DNA of 64,000 nucleotides, taken from NCBI GenBank assembly GCA_019058365.1, contig JAHPZE010000007.1, positions 64,001-128,000 on the forward strand, in the 5' to 3' direction. Positions 1 through 13,875 of this stretch are shown here, piece by piece. The notes under the pieces are model-generated. The model worked only from the letters and a program-made list of their open reading frames with translations. It did no database searches and was not told where the DNA came from. Every line of letters begins with the position of its first letter. The stretch's first letter is position 1. The position numbers and the translations under genes are program-made. This DNA comes from Promethearchaeota archaeon (lineage in GTDB: Archaea > Asgardarchaeota > Lokiarchaeia > Sigyniarchaeales > SOKP01).

Positions 1-1199
1 TCTCGTGTTGTAGAATTTAATCCTTGAAAATATAACTTCTCATTCTCATATAATGGATCAAATTCACCAAAAAAATGTTTCCAATACTCCCAAGCAGGGG
101 GTTTCGAATCAGTATAGCCTGGTACAACTAAATATGGATGATTTAATTTACATATTTTATCTTTTGCAATTTTGAATTCTTCCTTATAACTATTACGCGT
201 TACATTCCCAGTATGTACGACTAAATCCACATCTTCTATAGTATTAATTTTATCTATTGCTCTATCAAAATTGGTATTTATATTTTCTGACTGTTGATTA
301 ATTAATGAATCTGATATTTGAATAAACTTACATATAGGTTTTTGATGAGGCTCAATTTCTAATGGAAGATAATAGTTAATTTGACGTTGAATTTCATGCT
401 TGGAATTGGAATCTAAGATAGGAATTATCTTAAAGGTGATATTACTTTCTTTAATATCTATAATTGAATAGGTAAATAACTCTCGATATCTAGTTTTATT
501 ACAACAAAATGTCCCCGCATTAAAAATGTATAAATCTTTTTCACTACTGCTTATGGTATACAAATTCGAAGTGTGTCTATGTCCATTCAAAATTAAATCT
601 GCTTTTGTTTCTAAAAGCATTTTAAACATATCTCCAGAATCATCAATTGCTGACCTTTCTTTCCCAGTATTTGGAATGGGGATGAGTTGATGATGAAAGC
701 AAACTATATTAAATTTATTTTCTCTTTCTTGTTTTTCTAATCTCCTTCTCACAGCTTCTATTACATTATGATGAATAATACCTCCAGGCAAGTCTGGTTT
801 AGTACTATCTATCCCAATTACATATATCTCATCATCTTCATATTCATAGTGCCTCTTTCCAATCATTTCTTCAAAAAGCAAGTACCCTACGTTCATTGCA
901 TCATGATTTCCAATAAGAATCATAATAGGACATTTAGATCTCGGCTTAAATTTCTTAAACTGTTCCATAGCATATTCATAATCTAAAAGAGTGCCAGTAT
1001 GCGTAATATCTCCAAGATGTAAATAAAGATCAACATCTTTTATCTTATTTATCTGTTCAATACCTAAATTGTATGCATGAAGATTAAAAGGACCTCTAGA
1101 ACGAGTAATATGAGTATCCGATATTAAAACAATTCTTTTTTTCCATGAAATTTTCTTTTCGGGATTTATTTTAACACTCCTTTCTGAAATCATCTTCAT
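1..1199 (-). CDS. Calcineurin-like metallophosphoesterase with a second, degenerate MPP domain; runs off the window start
   Basis: Not in the ORF track. ATG at 1199 directly follows the TAA of the upstream gene. Translation gives ISDTH, HLGDIT, IGNHD, then a second QISDS/HTGNVT/PGYTD unit. Confidence 0.85.
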   Translation of the reverse strand, partial: MKMISERSVKINPEKKISWKKRIVLISDTHITRSRGPFNLHAYNLGIEQINKIKDVDLYLHLGDITHTGTLLDYEYAMEQFKKFKPRSKCPIMILIGNHDAMNVGYLLFEEMIGKRHYEYEDDEIYVIGIDSTKPDLPGGIIHHNVIEAVRRRLEKQERENKFNIVCFHHQLIPIPNTGKERSAIDDSGDMFKMLLETKADLILNGHRHTSNLYTISSSEKDLYIFNAGTFCCNKTRYRELFTYSIIDIKESNITFKIIPILDSNSKHEIQRQINYYLPLEIEPHQKPICKFIQISDSLINQQSENINTNFDRAIDKINTIEDVDLVVHTGNVTRNSYKEEFKIAKDKICKLNHPYLVVPGYTDSKPPAWEYWKHFFGEFDPLYENEKLYFQGLNSTTR

Positions 1200-1937
1200 T
1201 TAGCTTTGCTTTATTTTTGCGGGATGCCCAATATAAATTGAATCTTCTTCTAATATATCATCAAATTTTGTATAAGAATGAGCAGATAATTTTGTATTGC
1301 GTTTAATGTAAGTTCCTGGTAATAATACACACTTAGCTCCGATTAGAACATCATCTTCCAGAATTATTCTTTTTAAAATAAACTTATCTTGCTCGATTCC
1401 AAAACTTAAAAGAGTGCTATTCATTCCAATAATAACGTTCTTTCCAATAGATACTAATTCAGAAGAGATCCAGCTATTATCATGTATCCCGTTGTTACCA
1501 ATCTTTACTCCAAAAAATCGGAGTGTGAAACGATTTTTGAACCAGGGAAAGGGATTTGATGCACTAATAAAAAGTGGCCATTTCTTAATGATGTTTCTTA
1601 AATTCCAATAAAAATAGTTCTTATCTTTTATATCTCTCTTAAATATTCCCTCTTTTGGACGAAAAATTAATTTAATTAAAGCTAAAAATAAAACTGAAAT
1701 TAATATTGCACTGAATTGCAATACATAAATTAAAATAATAATATTTAAAGGTATAAGGAAGAAGAAAAAGAGATATACTCCTTCTTTCCAGAATAAGAGA
1801 AGATACATATATTCAAAAAGAATACATGGATAAAAACTAAAAATAATGATAATAAAATATAAGATAAGATATTTATTTCTAAGTCTTTCATCTATAGGAG
1901 TTGGCGAATCTCCTTTTAAACTTGCTGGTTGAAACAT
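1200..1937 (-). CDS. Membrane protein with left-handed beta-helix (hexapeptide repeat) acyltransferase-like domain
   Basis: Two N-terminal TM segments, FFGVKIG, IGKNVIIG, LEDDVLIGAKCVLLPG, GHPAK end motif. Confidence 0.8.
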   Translation of the reverse strand: MFQPASLKGDSPTPIDERLRNKYLILYFIIIIFSFYPCILFEYMYLLLFWKEGVYLFFFFLIPLNIIILIYVLQFSAILISVLFLALIKLIFRPKEGIFKRDIKDKNYFYWNLRNIIKKWPLFISASNPFPWFKNRFTLRFFGVKIGNNGIHDNSWISSELVSIGKNVIIGMNSTLLSFGIEQDKFILKRIILEDDVLIGAKCVLLPGTYIKRNTKLSAHSYTKFDDILEEDSIYIGHPAKIKQS

Positions 1938-1940
1938 CGT

Positions 1941-2807
1941 CTATCTGCTCCCTCCACTATTAACTTTATCATTGTTATTAAAAATCTCTCTAGAGTCTCC
2001 TTTTATTCTTTCTGCTTTCTTTTGAGAATCTTCTACCGACTGGATTTGAAGTGTCATACTTACCGGTGTTCCCACATGAATTAAATCTCCTTCTAATACT
2101 TGATTTATCCACGTATAGCTATTTACTCCCAAAATAGCTCCATCTTGGAGTATAGTCCCAGGACTAATTATAGTTTGTGGTCCAACAATACAAGTTTTCC
2201 CAACTTTTACCTTCTTGATTAAAATTTTATCGTGATAAATTAAATGTGAAAAAATGCAAATATTAAGTGAGGTCATTGTATAATCTCCAATCTCTACAAA
2301 TTCTGGATCTATGTACCCTTCGTAAGCAACAACATTTCTCCCTATATGAACTCCAAGAAATCGATAAACAAAAATATCTGACCATGGTAAAGGTAAAGCT
2401 CTTGCTAGCCAGATTGGAAAATAAGCAGTCCAAAATCTTCGATGGGTATATTTCCATTCTTTACTTCCCCTTTCAAATACTCCTTCTTTAGCAGGATACA
2501 GCTTTGTTAATATCTTATAAATGACAGTTGAAAACAATATTATGGAGAACGCAAATAATAGAAGATTCCCATAAATATTTAATGGAAGCAACAACCATTC
2601 CCACCACTCACCAATCAAAATAAATGACAAAAATGACTCTCTTGTTAATAGAAAATAGAGATCATTGTAAAACCAAAGATTGATTAAAATAACGACTATG
2701 CAACCTACAAATAACTGTAAAAGGATAATTAAAGTAAATGGTGTTTTATATACTCCTGAAGTGGAAATATATTCAATTACCTCTTGACAATCTTCCTTAT
2801 TTTCCAT
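1941..2807 (-). CDS. Membrane protein with left-handed beta-helix acyltransferase-like domain (paralog of 1200-1937)
   Basis: TM segments, PAKEGVF, FLGVHIG, VKVGKTCIVG, GTPV. Confidence 0.8.
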   Translation of the reverse strand: MENKEDCQEVIEYISTSGVYKTPFTLIILLQLFVGCIVVILINLWFYNDLYFLLTRESFLSFILIGEWWEWLLLPLNIYGNLLLFAFSIILFSTVIYKILTKLYPAKEGVFERGSKEWKYTHRRFWTAYFPIWLARALPLPWSDIFVYRFLGVHIGRNVVAYEGYIDPEFVEIGDYTMTSLNICIFSHLIYHDKILIKKVKVGKTCIVGPQTIISPGTILQDGAILGVNSYTWINQVLEGDLIHVGTPVSMTLQIQSVEDSQKKAERIKGDSREIFNNNDKVNSGGSR

Positions 2808-3012
2808 TAAGCTAATTATATTTTAATTATGATTTCTTTATATTATATTATAATTTCGAAAATAATTAAATCATAATATTTAATTTTCGAAATTGAACTC
2901 TAAAAATAAAAATAATTTAAAACTTAATACACTATGATTTATATATTATTAAAAAATTAAATTCATAAAATCAATTCAAAATACAAAAAAATTTGAATAT
3001 GGTGAAATAAAA

Positions 3013-3903
3013 TTGTCAATAGACTGGGCAAGGGCAGAAGAAAAACCTGATAAGAAAATGTCGGTTGAAGGAAAATTCTTACTTGATCTAAGAGCCAAAG
3101 TAAATGATTTAGAAAAGCAATTAACTGAGACCAAAAAGGGATTAATTGAAACAAAAGATAAACTTGCCGATACTATGAACGAGCTCGATGAAACTCAAAG
3201 TAAACTTGGACAAACAGAAAACACGTTAACAGAAACGAAAGCTGACTTTGAAAAAACTAAAATGGATGATCAAGAAATAATTAGAGATTTGAATACTGAA
3301 AATAATAACCTTAAAACAGAATTAGCAAAATTTAAGACTAAAACCAGTGATCTTGAAAATAGTTTGGCTGTAAAGGAAGCAAAAATTTCTGAACTAGAAG
3401 GAGATATATCAAATTTAGAAACTTTAAAAGGAAAATCTTCAAATTTAGAAGCAGAATTGGATGATGCTAATAATACAATATCAGCAAAAGAAGAGGAAGT
3501 AAGTAATTTATCTTCTCAAGTTAAAGAATTAAATTCAAAAGTCACATCCGCTCAAGGTGAAATTACTCAGTTAAACTCTCAATTAAGTGAATTGAATAAT
3601 ACCCTTTTACAAAAAGATACTCAAATCCAAGAATTGACGGATCAAGTATCTGAAAAAGAACATGTACTCGAATCTACGACAGCACACCTTACGGAAGTCG
3701 AATCTGAACTCGATGAACTAAAACCTCCAGAAATTGGTGCAGGAGGTTTCGCAAGTGACGAGCGAATTACCTGCCCAATGTGCGGCGCCGTGGGGACAAA
3801 CATCAAGGTTATAGAAGATAAGACCAAAGTCCTCTCCTACGTAGGACATATCCCTATGTATGCTAAAAAACATGTATGTAAAAAATGTGGTTATGAATTT
3901 TAA
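3013..3903 (+). CDS. Long coiled-coil protein with C-terminal Zn ribbon
   Basis: About 210 aa of heptad pattern, then CPMC...CKKC. TTG start preceded by GGTGA. Confidence 0.8.
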   Translation: MSIDWARAEEKPDKKMSVEGKFLLDLRAKVNDLEKQLTETKKGLIETKDKLADTMNELDETQSKLGQTENTLTETKADFEKTKMDDQEIIRDLNTENNNLKTELAKFKTKTSDLENSLAVKEAKISELEGDISNLETLKGKSSNLEAELDDANNTISAKEEEVSNLSSQVKELNSKVTSAQGEITQLNSQLSELNNTLLQKDTQIQELTDQVSEKEHVLESTTAHLTEVESELDELKPPEIGAGGFASDERITCPMCGAVGTNIKVIEDKTKVLSYVGHIPMYAKKHVCKKCGYEF

Positions 3904-4085
3904 GCGATTTTTTTAATTTTCCTTTTTTCTTTTCTATTATTACTTAATTAATTGACAATTAGGCAATTTAATTTTAGAAGAGAATTTTATTTTTGAATAT
4001 AAACAAGACTTATTAAAATAATATATATTAGTATTGAGACAAATTTTCAAAATTTTAAAATAATAAAACACTTTTATTTAACATT

Positions 4086-5399
4086 ATGAATGGGAATCCT
4101 AAGGAAAAATATATTGGAACTTTGTCTCAAAAGAAATTACTTAAATTGTATTCAAAACATGTAAATGGGCCTAAGGTTCGAATGTTTAAAGGATTTGGAT
4201 TAGGAATGATTCCTGGGGAAAGAGAGGGAATCCATCTGAAAACATTAGAAGGTTTAAAACCAGGAGAACCGCCATTAGAATTATATAATTGTCGTTCTTC
4301 TGGTGGTGTATTTAATCTAGGACATCGAAATCCAAAGATCGTTCAACGGCTAAAAGATGCTTTAGATGGAGGATTAGATTTAGGTGACCATCTACTTTTA
4401 TCAGAATGGAGAGCCTTATTAGGAAAAAAAATAGCAGATTTGATGCCTGGAGATATTAGTAAAACTACTTTTGGAGTAAGTGGAGGTGAAGCAATAGATA
4501 CTGCTATTAAATTTTCAAGAGCCTATACTAAAAGAAAGGGATGTATCTCGGCAGTTGGAGGATATCATGGTCACACAGGCTATGCTCTGTTGACAGGAGA
4601 TCCTGACTTTAAAGATCCTTTCCTCTGGGATTTTCCCGAATTTAAACAAATTCCTTATGGAGACATAGATGCTATGCGAAAAGTTGTAACAGAAGATATT
4701 GCATGCGTTATTTTAGAAACAATTCCGGCAAGTGGTGGTGTGTTGATTGCTCCAGAAGGTTATTATCCTGAAGTTCGAGAAATTTGCGATGATAAAGGTG
4801 TAATGATGATAAATGACGAAGTTCAAGCAGGATTAGGACGAACAGGTGTTTTTTGGGCAATTTATGGTGGATTATACCCGAATGAAAAAGTAGTGCCAGA
4901 TTTTATAGTTTGTGGAAAAGGAATGAGCTCTGGTGTATATCCTTTATCGACTTGTAGCTATAAACCATTTATAGAAAAAGCAGTTTACAAAGAAGATCCA
5001 TTTATCCATATTTCAACCACGGGAGGGTCAGATTTAGGATGTGCTATTGCTTTCGAGATGTTGGAGATACAATCTGATCCGAAATTTTTGGATCACGTTA
5101 AAGAAATGGGTATTTTATTTGGTAAAGGGTTAGAAGAGATTGCAGAAGATAATTCAGATATTATTAAAGAAACAAGGGGTAGAGGTCTTATGTGGGGCGT
5201 AGAGTTTCATAACGAGGACGATAGCCAGTTAGGTATGCTTTCTATAATTAAAGCAGGTGTCTTACTGAATTATTGTGCAAATAAAAAAGATACTCATATT
5301 ATCATGCCACCATTGATAGTAAAGAATGATGAAATTGAAAAAATACTTGAAAGAATACGTCAAGGAATAATAAATTTAAAAAAAATAAAGAAAAATTAA
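4086..5399 (+). CDS. Class-III PLP aminotransferase (putrescine/acetylornithine aminotransferase-like)
   Basis: SGGEA, YHGHT, DEVQAGLGRTG, PDFIVCGKGMSSG, RGRGLM. Confidence 0.92.
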   Translation: MNGNPKEKYIGTLSQKKLLKLYSKHVNGPKVRMFKGFGLGMIPGEREGIHLKTLEGLKPGEPPLELYNCRSSGGVFNLGHRNPKIVQRLKDALDGGLDLGDHLLLSEWRALLGKKIADLMPGDISKTTFGVSGGEAIDTAIKFSRAYTKRKGCISAVGGYHGHTGYALLTGDPDFKDPFLWDFPEFKQIPYGDIDAMRKVVTEDIACVILETIPASGGVLIAPEGYYPEVREICDDKGVMMINDEVQAGLGRTGVFWAIYGGLYPNEKVVPDFIVCGKGMSSGVYPLSTCSYKPFIEKAVYKEDPFIHISTTGGSDLGCAIAFEMLEIQSDPKFLDHVKEMGILFGKGLEEIAEDNSDIIKETRGRGLMWGVEFHNEDDSQLGMLSIIKAGVLLNYCANKKDTHIIMPPLIVKNDEIEKILERIRQGIINLKKIKKN

Positions 5400-5404
5400 T
5401 GTAA

Positions 5405-6814
5405 TTATATTTTAGATTTTTTTTCTTCGTGAAGTCTTTGAACTTCCTCTTTTACTTTAATTAATTTTTCTCCATCTAAAGGGTATTTATAAATAGATAA
5501 GATAGCAATTATCAAAGCAACAGCGGGATAAACAAACATTAGCGTTCGAAGCCCCACCTCGACTGCGGTAGATACAGGAAGAGTGAAGACTTGCCAATCA
5601 GCGATGATAAAAACAGGACCGATGCTTACAAATACAACTATAATTGCTAATCTAAGAAAGAATGCATTCACACCATAATATCCTGCTTCTCTACGTGTAC
5701 CTGTATTCACCTCATCTTCGTCAATTATATCTGAAACGATTAAATCAATTATGTACAAAGAACCAGATAATCCAAGTCCAATAAAGAAAAATACTATCAT
5801 TGCGATTATTTCCATATTTGGTCCAAGAAACATCAATGGTAAAAGGGTAAAAATCCATGTTGTCATTGAAATCATCCATGCTTTTCTATTACCGATTTTT
5901 CTCACTACAGGTTTCCATAAGAATGTTATGAAAAGAGCCGATGCTATAAAAGTCAACCCTAATAAGAGTGAGATCATAAAAGCATCTTCCATTCCTAAAA
6001 CCGCTTTTGCGTAAAGTGGTACTAATGTAGGAAGAATGCCATATACAAACCAATTAGCAATTTCCGCAGGAATATACCACATAAAAGATTTACTTTTCAC
6101 GCAAAGTTTTATAGTACTAAAAAAACCTGGTGCGTTCTTATAATCTTCTTTGAATTCAACCTTTTCTCGAGGTGTAAATTTTATAAAAATACCTCCAACA
6201 GCAATTACAATAATAGCTAATACTATCCCAAAAATCTGATATTGTCCTAAAGCCGTAACCCTCTCTGCTGGTGTATCAGGAGCATAATTAGCTATAAATG
6301 CTGAAGGTAAAATGAATGCTACAATTAAACCCAGAATAAGAAATACTTGTCTAACATTATTAGCCATTGTTCTTTCTTCTTTAGAGATAAAAGTTTCAGG
6401 AAATAGAGAGGTAGCATTAAGGCTGAACATTGTATAGAACAATTCAAAAACAATAATTATGATCATAAAATATGCGAAATTACCTAGTTGATTTGCAACA
6501 CCAATGGGTAAAGGTGGTGTGAATAATAAAAACAAGACGATCCCTAGAGGAATTATAGCAATCATAATATATGGCATACGACGACCAAATCTAGTATGTG
6601 TTCTATCTGAAAGATAACCTAGCATAGGGTCATTAAGGCTGTTCCAAACTGCCCATATTATAAACCCTATTGTAATTAATGTAATATTAAGTTGAACCAC
6701 CGCAAAATAGAAAGTGAATACAAGAAATGTAAAGGATTGATATGCTGCTTGATCTGCAATTTGCCCAGTAGCATAGCTAGCTGCTCCTTTAATTGAATGA
6801 CCTTCATTTTTCAT
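5405..6814 (-). CDS. MFS transporter, glycoside-pentoside-hexuronide (MelB-like) family
   Basis: NDPMLGYLSDRTHTRFGRRMP, DIIDEDE..TGTRREAGYYG, about 12 TM. Confidence 0.92.
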   Translation of the reverse strand: MKNEGHSIKGAASYATGQIADQAAYQSFTFLVFTFYFAVVQLNITLITIGFIIWAVWNSLNDPMLGYLSDRTHTRFGRRMPYIMIAIIPLGIVLFLLFTPPLPIGVANQLGNFAYFMIIIIVFELFYTMFSLNATSLFPETFISKEERTMANNVRQVFLILGLIVAFILPSAFIANYAPDTPAERVTALGQYQIFGIVLAIIVIAVGGIFIKFTPREKVEFKEDYKNAPGFFSTIKLCVKSKSFMWYIPAEIANWFVYGILPTLVPLYAKAVLGMEDAFMISLLLGLTFIASALFITFLWKPVVRKIGNRKAWMISMTTWIFTLLPLMFLGPNMEIIAMIVFFFIGLGLSGSLYIIDLIVSDIIDEDEVNTGTRREAGYYGVNAFFLRLAIIVVFVSIGPVFIIADWQVFTLPVSTAVEVGLRTLMFVYPAVALIIAILSIYKYPLDGEKLIKVKEEVQRLHEEKKSKI

Positions 6815-6975
6815 TTTTTCTTACTCTCTTATTTTATTTTATTTAAAAATATTAAATTGATATTATTTCTCTTTGCTTCCTAATAAAGGTTTAATTTAGA
6901 TGAATCTAAATAATAAACAAATTTATTTAAATCTTAAAAGAACATACTTTAATACAAACCAATTTTAGAATTATT

Positions 6976-8433
6976 TTGTTTAATATGGATTTAGAAAAGC
7001 TTTTTAAACCAAAATCAATAGCAGTTGTTGGGGTCTCAAAAAAGAACCCTCTTAGTCCGGGGAGAATTGTTTTATTAAAAAATGAATTTGAAATGGATGT
7101 TAAGGTTTATGGAATTTATCCTAATGGGGGTGAAGTTGAGGGAGTAGCGTTATATGAACGACTAGACAAACTCCCCGAGATTCCTGATCTTTTAGTTATT
7201 GCTGTAGGTCCAGATGATACATTGGGATACATTCAAAATTGTGCTGATTTAGGTATCCCAGCAAGTGTAATAATTGGAGGTGGCTTTGCTGAAGTAGGTG
7301 GTGAAGGTATAAAGCGTCAAAAAAAATTAGAAGAAATAGCGTTTGATAATGATATTGCTGTTCTAGGTCCTAATTGCCTTGGTGTTTATGCACCTCCTAC
7401 AGTTGATACTATATTTCTACCTACAGAACGCATCACAAGACCACCAAAAGGTTCTGTAGCGCTAATAAGTCAAAGTGGAGGATTTTTGGTTGATCAATTC
7501 TTTGTGAAATTTGCGGAAAGAAATATAGGTGTCTCTACTGCGGTTTCTATAGGTAACCGTTCGGTAGTAGATGAATCGATGTTGTTAGAATACTTTAGTA
7601 AAGTAGACAAAGAAACTTCTAATATTGCATTTTATTTAGAAGGTTTTAAAGAAGGTAAAGCAAAAAAATTTACACAATTAGCAAAAGAATCAGATGATAC
7701 TGTTATAGTATTTTACGGAGGAAAAACAAAGGAAGGAAAAATAGCAACTAAATCTCATACGGCAAGTCTTGCTGGGAATTATAATATTATTTACAATGCG
7801 CTGAGACAAAATTACGTCATTCAACCTCATTCTGAGAGAGAATTATTAACATGTCTCAAAGTTTATGATGTATTATCACATCGCAGAAACCCATTTGGTA
7901 AGAATGTAGTGACATTTGGAAATGTTGTAATAGTTTCTGGATCTGGAGGACACGGCGTTATAGCAAGTGATATGTTAAGAAAATATGGTTTGAATGCTGT
8001 TCAATTAACAGAAAAGGAGAAAGATGAATTAAAATCATTAACTAGCCCTACTGCTAGGGAAATTGCTTCATTTAACAATCCAATTGATTTAACAGGGTCA
8101 GTATTAGATACTGATATTGAAAATGTTGTTAAATTTTTATCTGATATTGAAAGAATTGAATGTATTATTTTATTAATACTTCCATATCCTCCTAATATTT
8201 CTTTTCAAGTAGGGAGAAGAATTGCTAATGTTGTACTAACAAAAAGAAAACCACTTGTTTGTTTTATGCCCTATATTCCGAAATATTCTTTAATAATTGA
8301 TTCATTAGAACTTGCAAATATACCGGTTTTTCATTCTATCAAAGAAACAGTTCAAGCAGTTTCTGCACTTAAAGAAAGAACAAGAATTAGAAATATTAAA
8401 CAAGGCAATGTATTTTGGGAACAAAGATCTTAA
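6976..8433 (+). CDS. acdA: ADP-forming acyl/acetate-CoA ligase, alpha subunit
   Basis: LFKPKSIAVVG, GGGFAE, GPNCLG, SQSGG, catalytic SHTASLAG, NPIDLTG. Confidence 0.88.
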   Translation: MFNMDLEKLFKPKSIAVVGVSKKNPLSPGRIVLLKNEFEMDVKVYGIYPNGGEVEGVALYERLDKLPEIPDLLVIAVGPDDTLGYIQNCADLGIPASVIIGGGFAEVGGEGIKRQKKLEEIAFDNDIAVLGPNCLGVYAPPTVDTIFLPTERITRPPKGSVALISQSGGFLVDQFFVKFAERNIGVSTAVSIGNRSVVDESMLLEYFSKVDKETSNIAFYLEGFKEGKAKKFTQLAKESDDTVIVFYGGKTKEGKIATKSHTASLAGNYNIIYNALRQNYVIQPHSERELLTCLKVYDVLSHRRNPFGKNVVTFGNVVIVSGSGGHGVIASDMLRKYGLNAVQLTEKEKDELKSLTSPTAREIASFNNPIDLTGSVLDTDIENVVKFLSDIERIECIILLILPYPPNISFQVGRRIANVVLTKRKPLVCFMPYIPKYSLIIDSLELANIPVFHSIKETVQAVSALKERTRIRNIKQGNVFWEQRS

Positions 8434-8435
8434 AG

Positions 8436-9251
8436 TTAGGCAATATCAATGATATTGTCTATTTCCTCAATTGATTTTTTCACATAATTAACATCTTCAA
8501 ATAATATTTCTATAGCTTTTTGAGGGCAAATTTCAACACATCGACCATATTCTCTGCATTCATTACTTATAAACGCTTTGTTATTTATTAAATCTATAGC
8601 ATTAACAAAACATACCCCCTTAATGCATGTTCCGCAACCAATACATTTTTCAGTAACTTGAACTTTAACTCCAGGCATTTTTTTAATTTTTAATCCGATT
8701 TAGGGAGCTAATATTGAAGATACTCACCATAAACAACAACATGGATCGCAATTACAAATACTTAAAAGTTTTTCTCCAGGTTTAACTCCAAGCCATTGGG
8801 CATCTAATTTATTTCTACCAATCTTTTGGACTAATCCCGCTTCTCTACACTTTTTCAAATTTTTCAGAGCTTCTTTTTTAGAAACTAATCGTCCTAATTG
8901 AGGATTGATATCCAATACTGCATTTCCAAGAAAAAGACATCCTAAATCAACAGGATAGTTTTGACAATCCATGCTCGATCTACATATACAGAAATTCATG
9001 ATCCAATGGTGCTTAGCTTTGTTAATAAAATATTCCAACACTTGAGAAGGTAGAACAAATTCTTTATATTGTCCTATTGGTTTGTTAATATCTATGACTT
9101 TCTCTTGAGGAAGGTATATAATATCATCCCCCTTAAAAAGCAAATGATCAAAAAGAGTGCCTAAAATAGGCAGATTTGTCAATTTAGTAATAAATTTAAC
9201 ATTTGGAAATACTTTTTTAAGTAATTTTACAAACCATAAAGGACGAGCCAT
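8436..9251 (-). pseudogene. 4Fe-4S ferredoxin-domain protein interrupted by two in-frame stops
   Basis: ORFs 8724-9251 and 8436-8678 share one frame, separated by TGA (8724-8726) and TAA (8700-8702): CNCDPCCCLW*VSSILAP*IGLKIKKMPG. The second ferredoxin motif is also damaged (ECREYGRC). Confidence 0.8.
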
Positions 9252-9329
9252 TTAATCACCCTGCCTTTGAAATACTTTCTAAATATAATTCTAAGTAAAT
9301 TTTAATTTAATAACCCTGTTAAATCCAGA

Positions 9330-12494
<3,165 letters not shown>

Positions 12495-12622
12495 CTAGCT
12501 ACTGTAATTACCATTAATTTTAATTAATTAAAGAAGCTAAAATGAATAAAGTTTATACTTTTAAATAAAAGCAATGTTAAATTAAAATTAAAGGAAATTT
12601 CTAAATTCCACAATGAAACCTT

Positions 12623-13585
12623 ATGAAAGTAAATATTGAATTGTTAAAAGAATTTGAAAAAACACTTGATACTATACACCCAGAAAAGGGTAAAATCCCA
12701 ATTAAAATTCTTGGATTTGGAGAAATTAGCTTAGTTTTTGAAATTCTTGATGATCCTGAACGTTTAGCTTATAAAAGGATTCCTATTTTTGATAACGAAA
12801 AACAAGTTAAAAGGCATCTTTGGGCTTATAATGAATACTGCAAAATCTTAAATGAAGATATTGGTCTAAACCTTCCTGAACATAAAGCACTTTGGTTTAA
12901 AGATCATAAAGGACAAATACAGTTTTACTGTGTCCAACAAAAGATAAATCCTAAAGCTGTAGGGAATAAGGTTATTCATAATATTTCCGATGATGAAATT
13001 GAAAACTTAATTATTCTTACAATGAGAGAATTAAAAAAAGTATGGACATTTAATCGTGAAAATAAGATTTATGATGTTGGATTAGATGGACAAATATCAA
13101 ATTTTGTTGTTATTGATTACGATCATAATAATCCAAGGATCAATGAATCCTCAAAATTATTATATCTAGATACAAGTACACCACTTTTTCGAAAAAATAA
13201 CATTGAAGCAATGGAAGCAGAACTGTTTTTAAAAAGTGCTCCGTCATTCTTGAGATTTCTTTTAAAAGCGTTGTTTGTACAAGAAGTTGTAGATAGATAT
13301 TATGATTGGAGGTTAGTAACTATTGATTTAATTGCCAATTTTTTCAAAGAACAGAAACCTGAAATTATCCCTCGGGTAATTAGAAGAATTAATAGATTTT
13401 TTAAAGAAGAAGCAGATACTTTTAAAATAGAACCAATCACATTTGAAGAAGTTTATAAATATTATAAAAACGATAAAATGATTTGGGTTATTTTCCAAAA
13501 TGCCAGAAGATTTGATAGATATATGAAAACTAAACTACTTAAGAAAACATATGATTTTTATCTTCCAGAAAAAATAAAGAGGTAA
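12623..13585 (+). CDS. Hypothetical protein, DUF6206-like, possibly kinase-like fold
   Basis: LGFGEISLV glycine loop, AYKR, GLDGQISNF, YLDTSTP. Family name is from recall. Confidence 0.55.
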   Translation: MKVNIELLKEFEKTLDTIHPEKGKIPIKILGFGEISLVFEILDDPERLAYKRIPIFDNEKQVKRHLWAYNEYCKILNEDIGLNLPEHKALWFKDHKGQIQFYCVQQKINPKAVGNKVIHNISDDEIENLIILTMRELKKVWTFNRENKIYDVGLDGQISNFVVIDYDHNNPRINESSKLLYLDTSTPLFRKNNIEAMEAELFLKSAPSFLRFLLKALFVQEVVDRYYDWRLVTIDLIANFFKEQKPEIIPRVIRRINRFFKEEADTFKIEPITFEEVYKYYKNDKMIWVIFQNARRFDRYMKTKLLKKTYDFYLPEKIKR

Positions 13586-13606
13586 TGCTAAAAGCATAAT
13601 TTAATT

Positions 13607-13753
13607 TTACTTTTCCCCGTTAGAAAACCATTTATCTTTACAAGATTCAAAATAGAATCCATGCATGGCTGTTGGCTCGATTGGGTCAAATTCTTGTATT
13701 TTAACACTTCTAATAATTTCATTTTTACATTCTTGACACCTTATTTTAGCCAT
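13607..13753 (-). CDS. Small Zn-ribbon-like protein (48 aa) with a degenerate second CxxC
   Basis: Manual translation MAKIRCQECKNEIIRSVKIQEFDPIEPTAMHGFYFESCKDKWFSNGEK; below the ORF-track cutoff. Confidence 0.5.
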   Translation of the reverse strand: MAKIRCQECKNEIIRSVKIQEFDPIEPTAMHGFYFESCKDKWFSNGEK

Positions 13754-13875
13754 TTTCTACCATCATTAAGTTTTTTTAACTATAAATTAGATTTAATTTG
13801 AATAAATCTTGATAATAATAAAGATACAAATATATTCGATTTGTTATTGAGTTTAAATATTAAATACTTCTAGAT

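Noticed and set aside
8700-8726. In-frame TGA after CCCLW in the ferredoxin-domain gene as another possible Sec codon
   Set aside because: A TAA follows eight codons later in the same frame, the TGA is not at an evident Cys-motif position, and another Cys motif is damaged. Pseudogenisation is the simpler explanation.
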